Positions 42,301 through 52,058 of a DNA stretch of 64,000 nucleotides are shown here, in pieces. The position numbers and the translations under genes are program-made. The notes beneath the pieces were generated by a model. The model worked only from the letters and a program-made list of their open reading frames with translations, was not told where the DNA came from and did not search any database. How positions within the stretch are numbered: the stretch's first letter is position 1; every line of letters starts with the position of its first letter. The DNA is taken from assembly GCA_963803805.1 (NCBI GenBank), contig CAWDOD010000002.1, forward strand, positions 160,001 to 224,000, in the 5' to 3' direction. This DNA is from an uncultured cyanobacterium (GTDB taxonomy: Bacteria > Cyanobacteriota > Cyanobacteriia > Cyanobacteriales > CAWCAG01).

Positions 42301-43408
42301 TGGCAGTACTTGGTTCTGTCTTACCTAGTTCATTGGCAATACTTAGACCACTAGCTGCTATATCTGCTGCTGTTGCCAACCCAAATAGACGGGGAGCATA
42401 TCTCTGAGTTGCTGGATTCAACGTAGCTACGATACCTAATACAGCTAGGGTCAAGGCTGCCCAACTCAACTCGCCAGATAATAAACCTAATACAGAGCTG
42501 CCATTGGTTTGCATTGTTCCATGGGCTTCCTCTAATTTCAGTGCGTTTGCCTCGTTCTCTTCAATTGCCCATTGAATCAAGCAAGGAGGATATTCGTTAT
42601 TGAACATGAAATTATAGATGGCAGCTTGTGCATCTTCGCCACCATATTCCATTTTGGAAGCACCTGGAGTTAAGTCTAATAACTTAAAGCGTCCAGAATT
42701 ATCGCTATTCCGACCTATGTAAAGTGAAAGAGGAGTTTTCTTCGTTTCCCCTGTTTCTTCCTCTTGTTCACCAAAGTGAATAGCCTTGATTGGAATGTCT
42801 TCGCCTTCTTTAATTTTCCCGATATTACTGTCAACTTGCTCTATGTGGTTTTGCCACTGTTCAAGGCGTTCACCTTCTTCTTTGTTGAGAACAGCCTGGC
42901 GGTACTGGGTTACGCCAATTAATTCACCGTCGCTATTGTATTCTTCACAAACAATGTGATAAACGTTTTTTTCGGCAATAATCCACCGTGCTTCTTCTCT
43001 TTCACTTTTGAGGTCATAAGCTTCTTTGCCTTCAATTTCTATTTGTTGAAAATCATGGAAGATGGCAACATTAACTGGTGTTTCTGGGAGGACATACCAA
43101 CGTCTGCTCTGAGCATTTTGGTTAGATGTTAGTTTGTAGGTATGATACTCATGGTTAGGAGCAGGTTTAATAACTGCTGGATTAGGGCCACTATTGGTGA
43201 TGTATGTTTCACCAGCTTTTTGCTCTTTAACTCCGTATTTCCCTAGCTCAAGATTTTTCAGTTCTAAGTTGGTTCGGAATGTGATATAGTCTTTTTCTTC
43301 TAGTTCCTCTAAAGCATTACCTGGATTGGGACAGTGTTTTTTCTTCTCTTCTTCAGGGCGTTCTACCAAGGAATGCTCACGCTCTGGCTCTGGCTTTTGC
43401 CCTCTCAA
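39380..43408 (-). CDS. Large polymorphic-toxin module: TM region, T/G/N/Q/E-rich linker, putative nucleotidyltransferase-like domain, helical C-terminus
   Basis: Hydrophobic helices at ~aa 305-470; repetitive linker; AAGSEQPTSDYDVTF, FGKESGTVFDTNVY, FFSNEAYH; frame open from 43465 with no ATG near the 5' end. Confidence 0.75.
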   Translation of the reverse strand: MRGQKPEPEREHSLVERPEEEKKKHCPNPGNALEELEEKDYITFRTNLELKNLELGKYGVKEQKAGETYITNSGPNPAVIKPAPNHEYHTYKLTSNQNAQSRRWYVLPETPVNVAIFHDFQQIEIEGKEAYDLKSEREEARWIIAEKNVYHIVCEEYNSDGELIGVTQYRQAVLNKEEGERLEQWQNHIEQVDSNIGKIKEGEDIPIKAIHFGEQEEETGETKKTPLSLYIGRNSDNSGRFKLLDLTPGASKMEYGGEDAQAAIYNFMFNNEYPPCLIQWAIEENEANALKLEEAHGTMQTNGSSVLGLLSGELSWAALTLAVLGIVATLNPATQRYAPRLFGLATAADIAASGLSIANELGKTEPSTANITIDVLGIVSGLLDGLLAIRAISQGDNFRIRNIEKFLTITPVALDAGATVIITVEAGNQIEKILDSESSRNEKFGQILRILSSLAVTGGFLALGAAGARRELNGGPNPNSSSSGTVTGNQGNTPGTEANTGVSVETDAQPGSGTANQDSTANQGDLNSQTGDAGVVETDQQLSSETVTDNQGNTPEIEGNTGVGDQSGNTPDSGTTNQDLTEDTEVGDQSQEVPDSGTSTANQENTSATGDTVVGVETGQQPGSEASTVNQENLVDNQTITRLSQEYPDETFEVGSDSKFVEINGVLELTPTELNNLRNEETLGRLITAVKDNDRGFFRDRIDVTTNRERLSDVELRAYMDHFDNDWKTILKQVYTEGRNEKLMLQLTRFRKKTFDRMYGQAVSLINARNRPSAQEFDPVAAGSEQPTSDYDVTFSGAKSVEVEAVIEFNRQFRNEFGKESGTVFDTNVYTTGHMPSSAMGNRLKEVIALRKLEEYLKLPTDLAEKRLELAEMPEIGIPEGSPPYRELAKEIEEMEELLPVREEKIRAKVKEINDLRSENSEAQLAIDQKLPEDINQLDAEEIGEQVEEVRKRLVQEVEVERVKNRVSPEAQRQILADQEVMALLKQRRNMSAEEWLRYKNQLLENVNPDLRDVTEARLDKVDETYGRAIDKLNETIVQLNQTRKAGEIQVRDSNNAPETDPAKIKAVNEDAELEAYNRLYEKYLVEGQEIRERLEELRDSRSNYDADVVPEELSAEIDQLTLQLNELQSKALFFSNEAYHTGPAAEHVVLGQQLQLRVPLEVDEYLVSINEQLGFAMEQATEGKTLGKALWKSSKYMDRVNNALAKIKEKYSDSYDPVFDSDTQAEIKKMKDLFDELILIKKEKGKYFEMSEKQKGDAAEQEANNQGFGVSSIEQLRQRFVDFNVKINSQLRNARQGQYDTSPSELDTWLRYEPIPETSQTPEQQNLAQKPRNIIELPEFG

Positions 43409-43461
43409 TCTTTGAGCGAGAACATTTGACTCAGATTCAATGCAATCAATTGGCTTAGTAA

Positions 43462-43899
43462 TTAATTAGCAAATTCGTTTTGGAATTTTGAAAGAGAATT
43501 GTATAAATCCTTCTTAACTGAATCATCAGACGAAAAATTACAGACATAAACGTTGTAGATTCTTTCAACTTCTTTTAAAATCGCCTTAGTTAGTTCTTGT
43601 TGACTAGACTTATTAATGATTTTCTGCGAATTTGTCATGAATGAAAAGTTATTATCTTTGTCTTTAAATAACCAAGGCTCAAACCCACTATCAATCCCCA
43701 ACGGCAATTGTGCTTGAGTTTGATTAGTTGTGATAAATTTCTCAATGCAATATAAAAGTTGACAGAGTGAGACAAATATCATGACCGAGCTTTTTGTAGA
43801 CAAGCTACCATACTCACCACTAAAAGTTATATGACCCTGAGAGTAACCATCTATTGGCTCCTGATCATCTTGTAATACTTTGATTTTTACTGATAGCAC
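43462..43899 (-). CDS. Putative immunity protein for the DUF4157 toxin
   Basis: GTG start directly follows the reconstructed toxin TAA (43900-43902); AAGGAG SD inside the toxin 3' end; 145 aa. Confidence 0.75.
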   Translation of the reverse strand: MLSVKIKVLQDDQEPIDGYSQGHITFSGEYGSLSTKSSVMIFVSLCQLLYCIEKFITTNQTQAQLPLGIDSGFEPWLFKDKDNNFSFMTNSQKIINKSSQQELTKAILKEVERIYNVYVCNFSSDDSVKKDLYNSLSKFQNEFAN

Positions 43900-46800
43900 T
43901 TATTCACTCCTTACAGGGAAAGCTGTAACTACTCTTCCATTGTTTCCAGTGTCTATTACTACTCTTATTCTGTCACGACGACCATTGACTTTAATTCTCT
44001 TTTCAAATATTTGAAGCGTTTGTTGTGGGTTAGATATCCTCGTACCTTTCTTCACAACTACTTGAATCGCCTCTTCTATCTGAGCGCGAGTTGTACCTGG
44101 AGGAAAAAAATCGGTTGTTGAACCACGTGAGTTCGATGAAGTTAAAAAACAGCAGAAGGAAGTTCAGCTAGGCCTTTGGGGTCAAGGTCAAGGGAAGGCT
44201 TTTTGGGCAAGAAAGTATAAGCGATTAGACCAGCTAAGAGATTAACCAAAAAATTCCAAACGCTACGGTGTCTTGAATGCTGAATCTGACAGATATTCTT
44301 GAGCTGGTCATTAACAGTCTCAATCAGAGAACGCTTACGTAGGAGAATCTTATCCTGAAGACGCATTAACTTCGGCTTCATATTTTTCTTGCGGTGTGTA
44401 ATCAGTTGTAGTCTTTGTTCATAGAGTTTCTCAAACAAATCCTGAGAAATATAACCTCGGTCGCCAAATAACTTACCAATCAAGCCATCAGCCATATCTG
44501 GCACAGGGTTACGGTCATCAGTATTACCCTCTGTAAGTTTGAAAGCAAGCAGCTCACCTTTGTCATTAATAATTAGATGTAGCTTGAAGCCATAATGCCA
44601 TCCCATAGCATTTTTGCCCCAACCTACCAAACCTTCAAAAACACGGTGGCTTTTGGAGCGATTCGGGTGGCAGACCTCAATGGGGGTAGAATCAATAAAG
44701 CTGATGCCGGTAATTTCTCCTCGAAGAGTATGTAGAAAACAGCAAAGAAGCATTAAGCTCCACGGCATTAGCTCTACGAATCGAGTGTAACTGACCAAGT
44801 TGGGAAAAGCTTTCTTCCAGTAAGGCAAGACTTGTAGAGTGTAAAATTCTTTAAAAGTGCGAAATCCCGAACCATGAAAGGCAATGACAATGGTCATCAC
44901 TTCGCTTAGGCTTAGGCGGGAGCGACATAGACGCTCTCCACAAGTTGCTGTTAACATTGGCTGTTGTTGCCAATGCCTCTCAAACCTTTGATAAAAGTCA
45001 TCTACCTGACAGAATATTTGGGTGATATCGAGACGAGATACAATATTGGACATAGCATCAGATTCTGATTAAGATTCATTTTCAGCATACCTCTGATGCT
45101 TTTCTTTTCTCTCTTTTTCCTCCGTCGAACTCACGTTGAACCTGAAATAGTTCCCGTAATATGTCTTCCCTCAATGTGAATCCATCCCCATCTGTTAGTT
45201 CCATCTTCTAATCGGGGTGTTCCTCTCCAAGGGGGAGGAGTACTTCCACTAGTTGCTCCTGTTCCTCCACTAATAGTGAAAACACCGCTAACTAAATCTA
45301 CTAGGTCTTCAGCTAGATTGCCCGTCGCTTCAACAACAACACTTCCTCCATGCACAGAAATTGCTGCGCCACCAGCAATAGCAGGAGCGCCGGCGATACA
45401 ACCTATTCCAGTTATACACAAAGAGCCACCGCCTGTAATTGCACCGCCCCCGGCAATTATCTCCAAAATACCTGTAACAGTAGCACCCAAATCTCCGGCT
45501 GTTCTTCCTGCTTCAAACGGCCCGCTTTTCGGAAGTGATTCCTCTAATACTTCTAAGTCTTCGCTAACTGTAGAAGTTCCCAAAGAAACTACTTCTAGTA
45601 CCCATCGTCCTGATTCTCCATTATTACGCAACCATTGATAGAAAGCTCCTGCAACAAACAAGGCAGGGCCGCGACTGATATTCTTCATTCGAGAAAGTAG
45701 GTCTTCAACACCACTACGCTCTTGTGGAGTTAGAACACTCACTGCATTTAAAGTTTCTTGAACTTGCGGGTTTAGCTGTCCTATTTGACCTTTGATATTC
45801 GCATCTTGGAGCCGATTAGTAATCTCAGGGTAATAACTTACCATTACTGAGTTCCGTAAGGCTCGATAAAACTTTTGCTCAGCTTCAGTTGCAGGATTCC
45901 TGTGATTGGTTACAGCCTCAAAGATATTTAAAGCACGCTCACGAATGTTTGCTTGTGTACCTTTGTTGGGATCACGATCATTTGCTGGAAGATTCTCAAA
46001 ATACTCCTGTAGAATTGGCTGTTGCTCAGGAGTTCCCCCTACCGCTTGTTGAGCATTACTGTCCCAATAAACTAAGACAGCACGACGAATAGAATCTCTG
46101 TCGATAGGCATCCCTTGGGTATGTTGGAACCTCGCAGCAATCTCGTTAACTTTGTTTTCTATGTTACGGATTTTCTCATTGCCTCTTTCGCTTTGGGCAA
46201 TGTCAGTTATGATTCCTGTGAAAAGATCACGGTAGGTAATGTCTTGCTCCAGGTTTAAAGCTACTGGTTGCTCTGAAGGAACAATTGTTTGGTTTAGTGC
46301 ATTTACATCATTGCGGCTATTTCGCCTACGCCTAATCCTTTCTTGAAGTTGAGCCTTACTAACAAGATGGCGCTCTACCAATGTATAAAGAATAGCTTGA
46401 GACAAATCTCCAGCACCGTTTTGCTGAGTAATTCCTCCATATATTTGACTCATTTGTTCCCACAAGGGTGTATTTTCCCATCTTCCTCCATGCTGTTTAG
46501 CATATTCGTTTAAGACGGCATCGAGTTCAGCAATATATTCTGGATTATTGTTGCTAGTAATTTGATCTGATTGCTCAAAATACTCTCTCTGCTGCTCAAA
46601 GTTTTCGGTTGAATCACCACAAATTCCGTGCATTACCTGAACAGTTCTAGTTCCGTCAAGGTTGAGATTTTCACTTGCCTGTATTAATACTCCTCGAGAA
46701 CCTGGAGTGCATCCTGATCCTAATATGACACCGAGTTGTTCTGCTGCGTAGTTTATGCTGCTTTCTGGAGTCTCTGATCGTCCAGGTGGAACTCTAATAA

Positions 46801-47704
46801 CTTGTGAATTGGCTTGAGCAATAAGATTCTGACCGCCAGGGTTAGGATTTTCATCAGGAACTAGTTGAACCTTTGTTCTTGTTGGTTCAGATGACTTTAA
46901 CAATGGCTCAGTCAGTTCATTTTCACGGGCATTCTGGGTTTTCTGTACGGTAGTTTCTTCTTCTTTTTTTTCTTCCTTAGCCTGAACCCCCTTATCCCCA
47001 GCCCCACCCTGCTGGACAACATGAGTAAGTTCATGGGCAATCAACTCCTGTCCACTCTCATTGTCAGGATTATATTCACCCTGCTTAAAAAAGATATCCT
47101 GCCCCGTAGCAAACGCCCGTGAATGCAATGAGCGATTCAACTGATTAGCATTACCATCTGTATGTACCTTTACCCTACTAAAATCCGCACCAAATGCCTC
47201 CTCCATTGGCTCTTTGATACTCTCAGCTAACCCCTGCCCACTACCTCTAGAACCCTGAATAGTCTGCTCTATAGCTGGAGTTACCCCTCCTCCACCAACT
47301 CCACCTCTACGCATCACTGTAGGTTTCGCTACTGGTTCAACTTTACTTTGTACTGCTTGCTCAGAAACAGGAGAGTTGATCTGTTCTACTACTTTGGCTG
47401 CTGTAGCATCCGCTTCCTGCTCATATTTATCCCCAACTTCCCCTACTGTTAGTTTTGTTTGTACTTCTGTGGTTTCTTCTTGGCTCTTAGCTTCACTTGC
47501 TTGAGATTGCCGTCTCAGAGCCTCTCTGATCAGAAAATTAGGGATTCCCTGAGAAACAGGTGGATTCTTCCAGCGACTCCCTTTTTTCTTTGACTTGCTA
47601 GACCTTTGAATACCCACATCCGGAGGCTCAAAAGAAGGAGACTTACTAGAGGAAGTAGCAGGGGGTGTCCAATGAGAAGATTTTTGGATGCGGGCTTTAC
47701 TCAT
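43900..47704 (-). pseudogene. DUF4157 (eCIS core domain) polymorphic toxin with putative RNase tip, interrupted by IS982
   Basis: QTKLTVG..GDKYEQEAD, FGADFSRVKVHTD, AFATGQDIFF, LIAHELTHVVQQ; Gly-rich TM segment; removing IS plus one TSD copy gives a 928-aa ORF ending GWIHIEGRH...GRVVTAFPVRSE*. Confidence 0.88.
44125..45136 (-). mobile_element. IS982-family element, intact transposase 44142-45053
   Basis: TIR ACGTGAGTTCGA / TCGAACTCACGT; 6-bp TSD TGAACC (44119-24, 45137-42); FIDSTP, GFKLHL, GDRGY, R..IETVN.QLK. Confidence 0.93.
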
Positions 47705-47728
47705 GAGTCTCTAATTATTTGATAAATA

Positions 47729-48723
47729 TAGTTATTTTAATTAAGTTTGAGACAATAAGGAGGTAAAATGAAAAGAGTATATTTATAATAGCTCAACATA
47801 ATGCCATACAGTCTAGATTTAAGAAAAAAGGTCATAAAATATATAGAAGATGGTGGAAAGATTAGGGAAGCAGCAAAAGTCTTTAACATTGGAAGAGCGA
47901 CAATATACAGATGGTTAGAGCGTGAGAATCTGGAAGCCACGAAGGTAGAACGCCGTCAAAGAAAACTGGATTGGAAAGCATTAGAACAAGATGTCAAAGA
48001 AAATCCAGATGCTAAACTATCGCAAAGAGCCAAGAAATTTGGGGTAAATCCAAGTGCGATCTTCTATGCTCTCAAAAAAATGAAGATAACTAGGAAAAAA
48101 AAAGAACTTCGTTATCGAGAAAGAAACAGACTTGAAAGAATTAAGTATTTAAGAGCATTAAGAGAATTAATAAAAATCTACGGAAGTGAAAGCCTAGTGT
48201 TTATTGACGAGTCAGGATTTGAGGAGATGCAGTCGGTGCATTATGGATGGTCAAAAAGCGGTGTGACCCCGCGTCGGCGTAAGACGCAAGGGAACGCACA
48301 CCAAGAAAGGCAAAAACTGTATGGAGAAAAACAAGGTAAACGAGGTAAAAGAGAGAATCTAGTAGCTGGTAGAAGAAAAAAGTCAAAAAACTTAATAGCC
48401 CCAATGTTGTTTAGAGGAAGTCTGAATGCAGAAGGATTTGAAGGATGGTTAAGGAAGTATTTATTACCATCATTAACCATAGCGTCGGTACTAATTATGG
48501 ATAATGCACCAATTCATAGGAAAAGAATGATTAGAGAGTTAGTGAAAGAAGCAGGTCATGAAGTATTATTCTTGCCGAAATATTCTCCTGACTTCAATGA
48601 TATTGAGCATGATTTTAGTGCTTTAAAGAGAGGAAGAATGTATGCAGATTCTGGAACATCTGTAGATGAAATTATTCGTAACTATTGTGCAGCTTAATGT
48701 CTCATTGTTATTTAAAATAACTA
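47729..48723 (+). mobile_element. IS630-family element, transposase 47801-48697
   Basis: TIRs TAGTTATTTTAA..TGAGACA at both ends with flanking TA; MPYSLDLR HTH, FIDESG, MDNA, LPKYSPD.N.IE. Confidence 0.9.
48260..48302. repeat. GC-rich palindromic mini-insert inside the IS630 transposase
   Basis: GGTGTG...CACACC termini, inner GCGTC/GACGC; keeps the reading frame. Confidence 0.65.
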
Positions 48724-48970
48724 TACGTCTGGGTTATAGTTTGAGACAATAACTGCTATCTCTCCTTAATTGAGGAGAAGATTCCCTTAACCGGATATAG
48801 GATTAATTTTTAGTGGCGATGATTTTTCTTTTGCTGCTGATTCTACTAGATGGGAATTGATTTAGCAATCTTTTGGCTCTTTTTAGCCAATAATCTGCGT
48901 ATAAGTATTGAAGCAAACTCTATCAAACTGTGTAAGTATATATGGTTAAATCTCCCAGCCAGCAATTTCT

Positions 48971-50991
48971 ATGTCTACCAAGGTTACTGATGCTCAGAGT
49001 CCCCTAAACTCAGATTACTTGATGACTGCTTTGAGTCCTATTTACCAAAGCTTAATTAACTTTACTCAAAGGCAATCAGGAAAAGATGTTGATGAACAAC
49101 CAGTTGATGTGAGTTCTCAACTAGCAGCAATTTCTGCTTCTGCCGCTACTGTTCCCCACTTAGAAAAGCTTTGTACAATTTTTGAGCTTTCTAGTTTTGA
49201 GCGGGATGTTCTTTTACTATGTGTTTGCCGAGCAGTTTTTCCTGATGTCCCTTATTTGTTGAGTTTGGCTCAGCGCCGTGATGAGTTTGATTTTGTCACT
49301 TTTGGTTTAGCTCTACAATTATGGGAAAATACTCACTGGCAAGCAATTCTGCCCCGTTCTCCTCTACGTTACTGGCAGTTGCTGCTGGTTGGGACAAAGC
49401 AAGAAGATGTGACTCTGGCTCCTTTGCGTATTGATGAAGCTATCTTGCATTATCTGATGGAAGAAGATTACTATGACCCCTATTTAGAAGGAGTTATTGA
49501 ACCAATAGCTATTGAGATACCTCATCTCCCTTCTTCCCATGAGGAGATTGTCAAGAGCATCACTAAGGCTTGGTCTAATGTATCTACTTTATCTGGTGAT
49601 GATACTCTCCCAGTTGTACAGTTGTGTGGAGATTCGATTAGCGCTAGCAAAGAGATTGCTCAGGCAGTTTGTGAGGAGCATAATTATCTTCTTTACTCCA
49701 TAGAGAGTGATAGTTTGCCTGTCAGTAATGATGAGTTCTCTTTTTTCCTGCAACGGTGGCACAGACAAGCTCGATTAGTTAATGCTGTTTTGTTGTTGGA
49801 TTGCTCTGGTATTTCTTCTGAAGATAGAATCAGACAAAAGGCAATTTCTCGGTTGCTGAAGAAGGTGAAAACACCTTTGCTTGTTTGTAGCCAGATCAGG
49901 ACAAGTTTAGGTCATGGTGAGGTGGTTATTTTTGATGTACCCTCCTTAAGTCATGGTGAACAGTTAGCTATGTGGCAAGCTAGTTTGGGTGAGGTGAGTT
50001 CTTTGCTTAATGGTACTGTGGAGTCTTTGGTGACTAGTTTTAACCTCAATGGGGCAACCATTCAAAATGCTTGTTCTACAGTTATTAGTCCCACTGAGGC
50101 ACAACAACCAACTCCTTTAGCAGAGCAGTTGTGGTCTTTTTGCCGTAGCCAAGCCCGTCCTCAGTTGGATGATTTGGCTCAACGGATTTCGAGTGAAGCG
50201 CAATGGGATGATTTGATTGTGCCACAGAAGGTGAAGAGGTTGTTACAGGAGTTGCTGACTCAGGTACGACAAAGGGCTACGGTTTATCAGCAGTGGGGTT
50301 TGGCTAAAGGTAGTGGTCGAGGTTTGGGAGTTAGTGCTTTGTTTGCAGGAGAGAGTGGGACAGGGAAGACTTTGGCGGCTGAGGTGTTGGCTAATAAGTT
50401 TGGTTTGGATCTTTACCGTATTGATTTGTCTCAGGTGGTGAGTAAGTATATTGGGGAGACGGAGAAGAATTTGGAACGCATTTTTCGTGCTGCGGAGGGA
50501 GGGGGAGTAGTTTTGCTGTTTGATGAGGCGGATGCTCTTTTTGGTAAACGTACAGATGTTAAAGATAGTCATGACCGTCACGCTAATGTGGAGGTGAGTT
50601 TTCTGTTGCAGAGGATGGAGGCTTACCAGGGTTTAGCGATTTTAACGACAAATTTGAAAGATTCTTTAGACCGGGCTTTTTTACGTCGTTTGCGTTTTAT
50701 TGTTGATTTTCCTTTTCCTGATGTTGAAAGTCGGAGTAAGATTTGGCGCAGGATGTATCCCCCACAGACCCCAACTAGGGTTTGGATTATCAAAGGTTGG
50801 GTCAGTTGGCGATGACGGGGGGCAATATTCGTAATATTGCTTTGAATGCGGCTTTTTTGGCTGCTGAGAGTGAGAGGGTGGTGATGATGAGGCATATTCT
50901 GGCAGCAGCAAGCGCTGAGGCGATGAAGTTAGGGAGAAGTCTGAGCGATCGCGAGACTCATGGTTGGAATTCTTCCCGTTATGATTTTTGA
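48971..50991 (+). CDS. AAA+ ATPase of the eCIS-associated (Afp15/Pvc15-like) type, frameshifted near 50777
   Basis: F.LS.FERDVLLL, L.P.SPLRYWQL, Walker A GESGTGKT, VVSKYIGETEKNL, Walker B LLFDEAD; tail LDYQRLGQL.MTGGNIRNIALNAAFLAA in another frame. Confidence 0.85.
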
Positions 50992-51047
50992 TTGCCTACT
51001 CTCTTTGAATGAGAAGATATGTACCGAATTAAAAGCAATTCCATCTT

Positions 51048-51989
51048 TCAAGCAAACCGCTCTGTTGCAGCAATTAAAGCACTACGAATACCTGTTTCCG
51101 TCATAGAATGTCCAGCATCGGGAACGACGATAAATTCTGCTTCTGGCCAAGCTTGATGTAACTCCCAAGCACTTACCATGGGGCAGACTACATCATAACG
51201 CCCTTGGACAATAACCCCCGGAATATGGCGGATAGAATTAATATTTTGTAGAAGTTGGTTTTCATCTTTCAGGAAACCACCATTGATAAAATAGTGACAT
51301 TCAATTCTGGCAAAAGCTTCAGCAAAGCGATCTGCACCAAAATTTTTGATTAGTTGGGGAGATGGTAACAACTTACTCGTACTAGCTTCCCATATTGACC
51401 AAGCCCTTGCTGCTTCTTGGCGGATTTGAGGATCTTCACTAGTTAACCTTTGGTAATAAGCAGAGATTAAGTCTTGGCGTTCGGCAACAGGAATGGGTTT
51501 GAGATACTCCTGCCAAGCTTCTGGGAAAATCTGACTTGCTCCTTCTTGATAAAACCACAATAATTCTTTGCGGCGCAACATAAAGATGCCTCGCAGAATT
51601 AAACCTAAACAATTTTCTGGGTAAGTTTGACTGTAAGCCAGAGAAAGAGTGCTACCCCAACTACCCCCAAACACCACCCATTGACTAACTTGCAAATGTT
51701 GGCGAATCTTTTCAATATCCTCAACTAAATCCCAAGTAGTATTTTCTCGTAACTCCGCATGAGGAGTACTTTGACCGCAACCCCGTTGATCAAAAATAAT
51801 GATTCGCCATTTTTGAGGGTTAAAATATTGGCGATAAACGGGTACAATTCCCCCTCCAGGGCCACCATGAAGAAAAATAACTGGCTTACCTTGAGGATTT
51901 CCTGATTCTTCCCAGTGGATGCGATGTAACTCAGAAACCTGTAAGTTTCCTTGGCGATAAGGTTGAATTGGGGGATAAAGTTCTTTCAT
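51048..51989 (-). CDS. pip: Proline iminopeptidase
   Basis: LHGGPG, DQRGCG.S, GGSWGS, GRYDVVCP, AGHS. Confidence 0.95.
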   Translation of the reverse strand: MKELYPPIQPYRQGNLQVSELHRIHWEESGNPQGKPVIFLHGGPGGGIVPVYRQYFNPQKWRIIIFDQRGCGQSTPHAELRENTTWDLVEDIEKIRQHLQVSQWVVFGGSWGSTLSLAYSQTYPENCLGLILRGIFMLRRKELLWFYQEGASQIFPEAWQEYLKPIPVAERQDLISAYYQRLTSEDPQIRQEAARAWSIWEASTSKLLPSPQLIKNFGADRFAEAFARIECHYFINGGFLKDENQLLQNINSIRHIPGVIVQGRYDVVCPMVSAWELHQAWPEAEFIVVPDAGHSMTETGIRSALIAATERFA

Positions 51990-52058
51990 TGGTTTTTGTT
52001 TAACTGCGTAAGTCTGACATTATTGTTATCCTGAAACTATAGTTTCCCGGCTTTGACA

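Noticed and set aside
48090-48105. Programmed frameshift at the IS630 A-run
   Set aside because: The transposase ORF is already continuous through the A9 tract
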